Assembly: GCA_015055905.1 (NCBI GenBank)
Contig: SVHI01000002.1
Span: 11,869 to 75,868, forward strand
DNA from: Clostridiales bacterium
Lineage (GTDB): Bacteria; Bacillota; Clostridia; Christensenellales; UBA1242
Length of the DNA: 64,000 nt
Direction of reading: 5' to 3'
Positions 36,979 through 45,151 of this stretch are shown here, piece after piece. The notes under the pieces are model-generated. The model ran no database searches, was not told the origin of the DNA, and worked only from the letters and a program-made list of their open reading frames with translations. The first letter of the stretch is position 1; each line of letters begins with the position of its first letter. The translations under genes and the position numbers were made by a program.

Positions 36979-39405
36979 TTAATTAACATTTTTCTTAAGT
37001 TTCCAAATTTTAGTTGCATATTCTTCGATTGCTCTATCTGATGAGAACAAGCCCATTGATGCGATGCAGTGAAGAACCTTTTTGCTCCAATATTCTTGGT
37101 CTGAATATTCTTTATCCATTCTTTCATAAGCATCGATATAAGAATCAAAATCAGCCAAGCACATATAAGAGTCTTTATAGTCTGTGTGACCAAGCAAATA
37201 TCCAACAAGGTCAGCAAATGATTCGCCGCCAATATCAATATTCATTTTATCAACAACACTTCTAACTCTTTCGCTAGCAATGTAATATTCAGTTGCGTTG
37301 TAGCCTCTACTCTTGATTCTATCAACATCATCTGCTCTAAGACCAAATTCATAAGAATTTTCGTGACTACATTCGTCAGCAATTTCGATATTAGCACCAT
37401 CGCAAGTGCACATCATAAGTGAACCATTAAGAACAGCTTTCATATTTCCAGTTCCGCTGGCTTCACGACCTGCAAGTGAAATTTGTTCTGAAACTTCAGT
37501 TGCTGGCATCAAGATTTCGGCAAGTGTAACACTATAGTTTTCAAGGAAAACAACTTGCAATTTATCTCTAAGCACTGGGTCAAGGCTGATTTCTTCAGCG
37601 AGTTTGTTGATAAGAGTGATAATTCTCTTTGCCATAGCATAACCAGATGCTGCTTTACCAGCAAAAATGAATACTTGTTTTGTTACTGGCATTTCAGGGT
37701 TTTCACGAATTTTGTTGCAGAGGTAAATAATTCTCATAACATTCATAAGTTGTCTCTTATATTCGTGAATTCTCTTTGCTTGAACAACAAAACGCCACTC
37801 AGGGTTGATGTCTATATTTTGAGCTTTCTTAACATATTCAGCAAGACGTTTTTTGTTTTCAAATTTGATATCGTGAACCTTTCTAAGAACTGCTTTATCA
37901 TCAAGATAATCGTCAAGTTTTTTCAAAAGTTCAGGTGATTTGTAATAATCTTTTCCAATAAGTGAAACAATGAGTTTATCAAGTGCTGGGTTGCATTCAG
38001 CAAGCCATCTTCTGTGAGTGATACCATTTGTGATATTCAAGAATTTATCTGGATAAATCTCAGCGTATGCATTGAAGAGTCTTGTTTTTAAAATATGTGA
38101 GTGAATCTTTGAAACACCATTAACTTTGTGTGATGCATAGATAGACAAGTTTGCCATATACACATTGTTTCCGCTAATGATTGACATTGATTCAAGTTTT
38201 CTAAAGTCATTTTTGCAATGCTCTGCAAGTTCTGCTCTAAATCTTCTGTCAAGTTCTCTCAAAATCATTGCGATTCTTGGCATATCTTCTTCAATTTCAT
38301 TTAAATGCAAAACTTCAAGTGCTTCGCTCAAGATTGTATGATTTGTGTAACTAACCACTTGTCTAACAGCATCCCAAGACTCGTCCCAACCAAAACCATA
38401 TTTATCAATAAGAAGTCTCATAAGCTCTGGCACCAAAAGTGCAGGGTGTGTATCGTTGATATGAATTGCCACAAGTTTTGGAAATTCTGCAAGTGTTCTG
38501 TGGTCTTCAAAATAATCTCTCAAGATGTTTTGCATTGCTGCAGAAACTAAGAAATATTCTTGAGCAAGTCTAAGTTCGGTTCCTTGAACTGTTTTATCAG
38601 ATGGATAAAGAAGTTTGTTTATAAGTTCAATTTTAACACCTTCTCTAACTGATTCAGTAAATTCACCATTATTAAACTTTGTTAAGTTGAATGAGTTTGT
38701 TAAGGCTTTAGCCTCCCAAAGACGGAGTGTTGAAACTGTGTTTGAATCATAGCCACTAATAAGCATATCATAAGGCATTGCTTTGACAACCTTTGGTGAT
38801 TCAATCACATATGAAAGTTTGTTGTTATCATAGTTTTGTTTAACAGTTCCACCAAACAAAACTTCAACAGCTTGGTCTTCTCTAGGGTTGAGCCAAACAT
38901 TTCCTGTTTCAAGCCAACCATCTGGAGCCTCAATTTGTTTTCCATCAACAAAGATTTGTTTAAACAAACCATATTCGTATTTTAAACAGTGACCAAAACC
39001 TGGATAGCCAAGTCTTGAAATTGAGTCAAGATAACAAGCAGCAAGTCTGCCGAGACCACCATTTCCAAGACCTGGGTCCTGTTCAATGTTATAAACATTT
39101 TCAATGTTTTTGTTATTTTCTTTAAGAAGAACCTTATAAGTATCTTCGAGTTCCAAGTTCCAAAGATTATTTTTTAACATTCTTCCAAGCAAAAATTCAA
39201 TAGACATATAGTGAATTGTTTTTCTGTCTTTTGGGTTTTTCTTGTTACATTTTCCAATTCTTTGAAACAAATATTTTTGTGAAATTTCTGCAAGCGCGAA
39301 ATACAACTGCTCATCAGTTGCTCTTTCAATTGTGGTTGAATAATGTTCGCTTAAATAATTCTGCAAATCTTTTTCTGCAGCAGTTTTTTGAGCTTCAGTT
39401 AACAT
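36979..39405 (-). CDS. glgP: glycogen/maltodextrin phosphorylase
   Basis: 808 aa. Pyridoxal-phosphate lysine motif EASGTGNMK and N-terminal GLGNGGLGRLAACYLDS. Confidence 0.95.
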   Translation of the reverse strand: MLTEAQKTAAEKDLQNYLSEHYSTTIERATDEQLYFALAEISQKYLFQRIGKCNKKNPKDRKTIHYMSIEFLLGRMLKNNLWNLELEDTYKVLLKENNKNIENVYNIEQDPGLGNGGLGRLAACYLDSISRLGYPGFGHCLKYEYGLFKQIFVDGKQIEAPDGWLETGNVWLNPREDQAVEVLFGGTVKQNYDNNKLSYVIESPKVVKAMPYDMLISGYDSNTVSTLRLWEAKALTNSFNLTKFNNGEFTESVREGVKIELINKLLYPSDKTVQGTELRLAQEYFLVSAAMQNILRDYFEDHRTLAEFPKLVAIHINDTHPALLVPELMRLLIDKYGFGWDESWDAVRQVVSYTNHTILSEALEVLHLNEIEEDMPRIAMILRELDRRFRAELAEHCKNDFRKLESMSIISGNNVYMANLSIYASHKVNGVSKIHSHILKTRLFNAYAEIYPDKFLNITNGITHRRWLAECNPALDKLIVSLIGKDYYKSPELLKKLDDYLDDKAVLRKVHDIKFENKKRLAEYVKKAQNIDINPEWRFVVQAKRIHEYKRQLMNVMRIIYLCNKIRENPEMPVTKQVFIFAGKAASGYAMAKRIITLINKLAEEISLDPVLRDKLQVVFLENYSVTLAEILMPATEVSEQISLAGREASGTGNMKAVLNGSLMMCTCDGANIEIADECSHENSYEFGLRADDVDRIKSRGYNATEYYIASERVRSVVDKMNIDIGGESFADLVGYLLGHTDYKDSYMCLADFDSYIDAYERMDKEYSDQEYWSKKVLHCIASMGLFSSDRAIEEYATKIWKLKKNVN

Positions 39406-39417
39406 TATAAAATTCTC

Positions 39418-40914
39418 CTATAAGTTATTATATGCTTCAAGGTATTGTTTAGCTGTTTTGTTCCAGCTGAAGTCAAGTGTCATAACAGTTCTAACTTTTT
39501 CAGCCCAACCCTTAGGGTCACGGTAGTCAGCAACTGCTCTTCTAATTGAATATTCAAGGTCACCAACAACAGGGTTTGTGAAAGTGTAACCATTTCCACC
39601 ACCAAGACAACCAAAGTCTTTGATTGTATCTTTCAAACCGCCAGTTTCTCTAACGATTGGAACAACGCCATAACGGCTTGCAACAAGTTGAGAAAGTCCG
39701 CAAGGTTCTGTGAGTGATGGCATAATATAGATGTCAGCACCTGAGTAGATTTTCTTTCCAATCTCTAAACTGAATCCAAGAGAAACGTGAACGTTTTTTG
39801 GATATTTGTTGTTAAGATATGTGAAGAAATCAACATATTCTCTGTCACCAGAACCAACACCAACAACTTGGATATCAAGTTCTGTTACGAGTTTTTCAAT
39901 ACAACTTTTTACAAGGTCAAAACCTTTCAAAACATTGATTCTTGAACAGAATGCAATGATTGGTTTGTCAGGGTTAACTTCAAGACCAAACTCTTTTTGC
40001 AAAAGTTCTTTATTTTTCTTCTTGCCTTCCATATGGTCAACATCAAAGTTTGTGTAGATAACTTTGTCTGTTGCTGGGTTATAAAAGTCATAGTCAAGAC
40101 CGTTTAAGATACCAATAAGTTTTCCTGCATTTGCATTAACGATTGAAGAAAGACCATTGCTGTGTTCAACAGTTTTGATTTCTTCAGCATATGTTGGGCT
40201 AACTGTGATAACTTTGTCTGCAGTAACAATAGCACCTTTTAAGATGTTTACGTCTCCATCTTGGTCAAGAATTGACCTATACTTTTCGTCAATACCAAGA
40301 ACGTCGCCCAAGATTTGGCTGCCGTATCTGCCTTGATATTGAATGTTGTGAATATTTAAGATTGTTTTAATTCTTTGATATTCTTCTGGGTATCCAGCAA
40401 CCTTTAAATATGTTGGGATAAGTGCTGCTTGCCAATCGTTTACGTGAATGATGTCAGGCATAAAGTCGATTATTGGTAAAACATCAATTACACTCTTTGA
40501 GAAGAATGCAAATCTTTCTGCATCATCAAAGTAACCATATTCACCGTTTTCACGTTTGAAATATTTTTCGTTGTCGACAAAGTAATATTTAATTCCTTCG
40601 TGGTCATATTCGAACACACCACAATATTCCTTTCTCCAAGAAAGAGTAACATAAATATGTCCAAGGAATTTGAAGTCTTTTCTAAAGCAATTTGGAATAT
40701 TGCTATACAAAGGAATAATTGTTCTAATATCAATGCTTGGGTCTTCTTTTTTAATTTCTTTTGGAAGACTTCCACATACGTCAGCAAGTCCACCTGTTGC
40801 ACAGAATGGTTGTGCTTCTGATGCTACAAATAAAATTTTCTTTGTAATTGCAACCTTTTTTGTAGTAGTCTTTTTTGTTGTTGTTTTTGTTGTTTTATTC
40901 ATTTTTTTCTCCAT
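39418..40914 (-). CDS. glgA: glycogen synthase (GT5) with a short Lys/Thr-rich N-terminal extension
   Basis: FVASEAQPFCATGGLADV (KTGGL-type motif) and a C-terminal E-x7-E-type region PSLTEPCGLSQL. Start chosen at the ATG at 40912-40914, one base after the glgB stop. ATG 40902 is an alternative, and track start 40986 overlaps glgB. Confidence 0.9.
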   Translation of the reverse strand: MEKKMNKTTKTTTKKTTTKKVAITKKILFVASEAQPFCATGGLADVCGSLPKEIKKEDPSIDIRTIIPLYSNIPNCFRKDFKFLGHIYVTLSWRKEYCGVFEYDHEGIKYYFVDNEKYFKRENGEYGYFDDAERFAFFSKSVIDVLPIIDFMPDIIHVNDWQAALIPTYLKVAGYPEEYQRIKTILNIHNIQYQGRYGSQILGDVLGIDEKYRSILDQDGDVNILKGAIVTADKVITVSPTYAEEIKTVEHSNGLSSIVNANAGKLIGILNGLDYDFYNPATDKVIYTNFDVDHMEGKKKNKELLQKEFGLEVNPDKPIIAFCSRINVLKGFDLVKSCIEKLVTELDIQVVGVGSGDREYVDFFTYLNNKYPKNVHVSLGFSLEIGKKIYSGADIYIMPSLTEPCGLSQLVASRYGVVPIVRETGGLKDTIKDFGCLGGGNGYTFTNPVVGDLEYSIRRAVADYRDPKGWAEKVRTVMTLDFSWNKTAKQYLEAYNNL

Positions 40915-40915
40915 T

Positions 40916-43495
40916 TTATTTGCCCCCATTTTCCTTTTTTGGTCTACCTCTTGGTCTTTTTGGCTTGTTTGCAAGTTCTGGGTCAATAGGTTTTCTTGGT
41001 CTTCCCTTTGGTCTCTTTGGTTTATTTAATTCCTCTGGGTCAACCTCTTTTTTAGGTCTGCCTCTTGGCCTTTTTGGCTTGTTGGCTTTTTCAGGGTCAA
41101 CTGGTTTTCTTGGTCTTCCCTTTGGTCTCTTTGGTTTATTTAGTTCCTCTGGGTTAACCTCTTTTTTAGGTCTGCCTCTTTGTTTTTTTGTTGGTTTTTC
41201 TTCAACCTTAGTTTCAGGTTTTTTTGTTTCAACAGCAGGTGTAGAAACTTTTGTTCGTTTATTTTTATCTTCCAAGATATATTTTTTAAGTTCTTCAATA
41301 ACTTCTGCCAAATTGAGCATTCCAATAATTTCATTTAAAATCTCAATCACGTTATTGTTAGCGGTTTCAATATCTTGAACCTCAACCTCAACTTCGAGTG
41401 TATTTTTTAATTTTGCTTCCGCTTCTTGTTTTGTTTCTGCTTTTGTCACAGGTTTATTTGGTGACAAATCTTCAGGAACAAATTTTTTGTTCATATCATC
41501 TTTTGTGAGCAAGTTCTTACCAGCGGTTTTTGCATCAATGATTTTTGAAACGATATTTTTTGCTTCGATTGATGAAGAATTTCTATGTGTTTGCTCTTCT
41601 TCTAAAGAATGGAATTTTGAAGTGATTGTCACTGAAAAATCTTTCTTTTTGAAATATACTGCTGAGTTTGGTTCCATTGTAAGTTCAATAGAATTTTCAA
41701 AACCGTTACATCTAACAGCATAACTTTCAATAGTTCCGTAATGTCTACCATTTCCACCATAGATTGAAAGGTTTGAGTTGAAAAGTTCTTCATATCTTCC
41801 CGCATCAAGACCAATTCTATAATGCTCACGTCTAACTGGTGAGAAGTTTGCAATACAAACAATTGTTTCACCGAGTTTATTTTTTCTTTCAAAAGCAATG
41901 ATGTTGTTTTCATTATCGTCTGCAGTGAGCCATCTAAAGCCTTCCCAAGAATAGTCAATTTCAAAGAACTCACTATTGTTTTTGTAGATGTGGTTAAGTT
42001 CTCTTGTGAAATCGTGCATCTTTTTATGTTTCTCGAAATCAAGAAGCATAAAGTCGATTCCTTTTTCATTGCTCCATTCGTCGAATTGAGCAAATTCATT
42101 ACCCATAAATGAAAGTTTCTTTCCTGGGTGAGCGAACATATACATTAAGAATGTTCTCATTAAATCAAATCTTTGATTGTAGTCACCATACATTTTGTTT
42201 AAAAGAGAACCTTTTCCATAAACAACTTCGTCGTGTGAAATTGGAAGGATAAAGTTTTCAGAGAATGCATAGAACATTGAGAATGTTAACTTATTGTGAT
42301 TATCTTTTCTAAAGTATGGGTCTAATCTAACATAATCAAGAGTGTCATTCATCCAACCAATATTCCATTTATAGTTAAAACCAAGACCTCCAATATAGTC
42401 TGGTTTTGTAACCATTGGCCAAGATGTTGATTCTTCAGCAATCATAAGAGCACTTGGGAATTCTGTTAACACTGCAGAATTGAGTTTTTGCAAGAATGCA
42501 ATAGCATCAAGGTTCTTGTTGTCACCATTTTCATTTGGTGTCCATTCACCAGGTTTTCTATCATAATCGAGATAAAGCATTGAAGCAACAGCATCAACAC
42601 GAAGACCATCAACGTGATATTTATCTAAGAAGAACACTGCTGATGAAATCAAGAATGATTGAACTTCGGTTCTACCATAGTCAAAACGGCGAGTTCCCCA
42701 AGTGTTGAATTCCATTCTGTCGGTTCCGTGTGCTTCATAAAGATATTCACCGTCCCATTCAATAAGACCGTGTGGGTCTTTTGGGAAATGACCTGGAACC
42801 CAATCAATAATAACACCGATATTTAATTCGTGACATTTATTGATAAAATATCTAAAGTCATCAGGTGTTCCAAATCTGCTTGTTACTGCAAAGTAACCTG
42901 TTACTTGATAACCCCAACTTCCTTCATATGGATATTCAGTAAGTGGCATACATTCAATGTGTGTGTATCCCATTTCAACAACATAAGGAATGAGTTCGTC
43001 TGCAAGTTCCTTGTATGTGTAATAACTTCCATCTTCGTGTCTTTTCCAAGACGAGAAATTAACTTCGTAAACATTCATTGGTTTTTCGAAATGATTTTCT
43101 TGAGACTTGGTTTCGTAATATTTTTTGTCTGTCCAATCATAATCATTTAAATCATAAACCTTTGAAGCAGTTCCACCACAAGTTTCACTATGGAAAGCAT
43201 AAGGGTCAGCTTTGCTCAAAACTCTGCCATCGTTTGTGATGATTTGATATTTGTAGTTTTGGAATTGTTCAACATTTTCAACAAAAACTTCCCAAACATC
43301 ACTTTCTTCAATTCTGTTTAGTTTATGACAGTCAGGATTCCAACCATTAAAATCACCAACAACACTAATTTCTTTTGCGTTTGGAGCCCAAACCCTGAAC
43401 CACGCACCACCATTTTCTACGTGACAACCTAAGAGGTTGTATGCGTGATAATATGTTCCTTGTTGGAATAAATAAATTTCCTTTGATTTTTCCAT
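40916..43495 (-). CDS. glgB: 1,4-alpha-glucan branching enzyme (GH13) fused to a roughly 240 aa C-terminal tail ending in five AT-hook-like motifs
   Basis: 859 aa. GH13 motifs DWVPGHF, GLRVDAVASM, MIAEESTSW, ISHDEV. The tail contains RGRPKK / KGRPRK five times. Confidence 0.95.
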   Translation of the reverse strand: MEKSKEIYLFQQGTYYHAYNLLGCHVENGGAWFRVWAPNAKEISVVGDFNGWNPDCHKLNRIEESDVWEVFVENVEQFQNYKYQIITNDGRVLSKADPYAFHSETCGGTASKVYDLNDYDWTDKKYYETKSQENHFEKPMNVYEVNFSSWKRHEDGSYYTYKELADELIPYVVEMGYTHIECMPLTEYPYEGSWGYQVTGYFAVTSRFGTPDDFRYFINKCHELNIGVIIDWVPGHFPKDPHGLIEWDGEYLYEAHGTDRMEFNTWGTRRFDYGRTEVQSFLISSAVFFLDKYHVDGLRVDAVASMLYLDYDRKPGEWTPNENGDNKNLDAIAFLQKLNSAVLTEFPSALMIAEESTSWPMVTKPDYIGGLGFNYKWNIGWMNDTLDYVRLDPYFRKDNHNKLTFSMFYAFSENFILPISHDEVVYGKGSLLNKMYGDYNQRFDLMRTFLMYMFAHPGKKLSFMGNEFAQFDEWSNEKGIDFMLLDFEKHKKMHDFTRELNHIYKNNSEFFEIDYSWEGFRWLTADDNENNIIAFERKNKLGETIVCIANFSPVRREHYRIGLDAGRYEELFNSNLSIYGGNGRHYGTIESYAVRCNGFENSIELTMEPNSAVYFKKKDFSVTITSKFHSLEEEQTHRNSSSIEAKNIVSKIIDAKTAGKNLLTKDDMNKKFVPEDLSPNKPVTKAETKQEAEAKLKNTLEVEVEVQDIETANNNVIEILNEIIGMLNLAEVIEELKKYILEDKNKRTKVSTPAVETKKPETKVEEKPTKKQRGRPKKEVNPEELNKPKRPKGRPRKPVDPEKANKPKRPRGRPKKEVDPEELNKPKRPKGRPRKPIDPELANKPKRPRGRPKKENGGK
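40941..41185 (-). repeat. 114-bp tandem repeat (about 2.1 copies) encoding the AT-hook-like array of GlgB
   Basis: The unit starting ggtctacctcttggtc at 40941 recurs as ggtctgcctcttggcc at 41055 and again at 41169. Each unit encodes KPKRPRGRPKKEVDPEELNKPKRPKGRPRKPVDPEKAN, 38 aa with two related halves. Confidence 0.85.
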
Positions 43496-43505
43496 ACTCT
43501 CTTCC

Positions 43506-44948
43506 TTATCTGTTTTTATTTTTTATTAATTCTTTTAAATATTCACCATATTGTGAGTCAGCATAATTTGAGTCGAGTTTATAAATCCAGTTGCCTTCGC
43601 AAGTTCCTGGAGTGTTGATTCTTGCTTCACTACCTTGGAATAAGATGTCTTGCATTTGAAGAATACACACAACCGAGTTTGTTGAAAGCAAGTTTTCAAT
43701 AGCAATTTTTGTTACAACATCATTTGGCGTGTCTTTTGAAATGTGGAAATATTCACAGAACTTATTTTTCTTTTCGATATTTTCCAAGAATCCCATAAAT
43801 GTGTCGTTATCGTGAGTTCCAAGATATGCAACACTGTTCTTTTCATAATCGTGAGGCATATGTGTGCTTTTTGTGTTATAGTCAAATGCAAACTGCATAA
43901 CTTTCATTCCTGCAAGACCAGTTCTTCTTCTAAGAGCCTTAACAGCATAAGAGATATCACCAAGGTCTTCAAGGATAAGGTTCTTGATTCCGTTTGCATA
44001 AAACTCTTCAAAAATATCCATTCCTGGACCTTTTATCCAAACACCATTTTTAACAGTCTTATCGCCATAAGGAACAGCGAAGAATGATTCAAGACCTCTA
44101 AAGTGGTCAATTCGAATAAGGTCATAAAGTTTTGAAAGATGTTTGATTCTGTTAACCCACCAATCATAATTAGTTTTCTTCATATAGTCGTAATCATAAA
44201 GTGGGTTATTCCAAAGTTGACCATCTGGATTAAAGTAGTCACCAGGAACACCAGAGATATATGTTGGCAAGCCATTTTCATCAAGCATAAAGTTCTTTTT
44301 GCTGGCATACATATCCACACTATCCATTGAACAATAGATTGGAACGTCACCAATAATTTTTATACCCTTTGAGTTTGCATAATCTTTAAGTTTCTTCCAT
44401 TGTGAGAAGAATAAATATTGCAAGAAAATATGATAAATAATTTCTTCGCTGTGGGTTTTGATATACTCAATAGTTTCAGGTGATTCAGGGTCTTTATATT
44501 CCTTTGGGAATTTTGTGAAACCAACACCAAGTTCATCTTTCAAAACCATATAGATTGCATAGTCATAAATCCACTTGTCATTTTCTTCAATAAACTTATC
44601 GATGTTTGTTGCGTAATAGAGTTTACTAAAACAATAACGAAGAGCTTCCATTTTTCTTTTTTTGTATTCAGGAAAAGAAAGTGACCTGTCTAATTTGAAA
44701 AATGATATTTCGTCATCTGATAAGATTTTATCAATGTCAATATAAAGTGGTTCGCCAGCAAAAGCAGACACACTGCTATAAGGTGAGCCCACATCATCAA
44801 CAATTCCTAATGGCAAAATCTGCCAATACTTCATACCGAGTTCGCTTAAATAATCAACAAACTCATAAGCCTCACGAGAAAAACAACCAAAACCATATTC
44901 GTTTGGGAGCGCTGATATTGGTAATAAAATTCCACAACCTCTTTCCAT
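43506..44948 (-). CDS. malQ: 4-alpha-glucanotransferase (amylomaltase, GH77)
   Basis: 480 aa. GILLPISALP start, IRIDHFRGL catalytic region and YLGTHDNDT. Confidence 0.9.
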   Translation of the reverse strand: MERGCGILLPISALPNEYGFGCFSREAYEFVDYLSELGMKYWQILPLGIVDDVGSPYSSVSAFAGEPLYIDIDKILSDDEISFFKLDRSLSFPEYKKRKMEALRYCFSKLYYATNIDKFIEENDKWIYDYAIYMVLKDELGVGFTKFPKEYKDPESPETIEYIKTHSEEIIYHIFLQYLFFSQWKKLKDYANSKGIKIIGDVPIYCSMDSVDMYASKKNFMLDENGLPTYISGVPGDYFNPDGQLWNNPLYDYDYMKKTNYDWWVNRIKHLSKLYDLIRIDHFRGLESFFAVPYGDKTVKNGVWIKGPGMDIFEEFYANGIKNLILEDLGDISYAVKALRRRTGLAGMKVMQFAFDYNTKSTHMPHDYEKNSVAYLGTHDNDTFMGFLENIEKKNKFCEYFHISKDTPNDVVTKIAIENLLSTNSVVCILQMQDILFQGSEARINTPGTCEGNWIYKLDSNYADSQYGEYLKELIKNKNR

Positions 44949-45114
44949 TTTTTCGCCTTTTATCTCATTATTTTTATCATATTTATTTTAACCTATTTTT
45001 GTATTTATGTAAAATATTTTTTAACTATTTTTTGTATATTTTTTTATTATTTTTTATACTTTATTATTTTATAATAAACAAGAGAGATAAATAACCAAAA
45101 ATTGAAATTTTAAC

Positions 45115-45149
45115 CAATAAAAAATAAAGGGCAAAAACCCTTTATTTTT
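45115..45149 (-). terminator. intrinsic terminator after leuS
   Basis: The minus strand reads ataaaggg-tttttg-ccctttat followed by TTTTTT. Confidence 0.65.
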
Positions 45150-45151
45150 CG

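Noticed and set aside
40875-41378. A 167 aa plus-strand ORF with a striking GLPLGLFGLF / FLGLPFGLFGLF repeat.
   Set aside because: It is the antisense mirror of the AT-hook repeat at the glgB C-terminus. It has no Shine-Dalgarno, lies wholly inside the strongly supported glgB/glgA genes, and its repeat periodicity is inherited from the 114-bp repeat.
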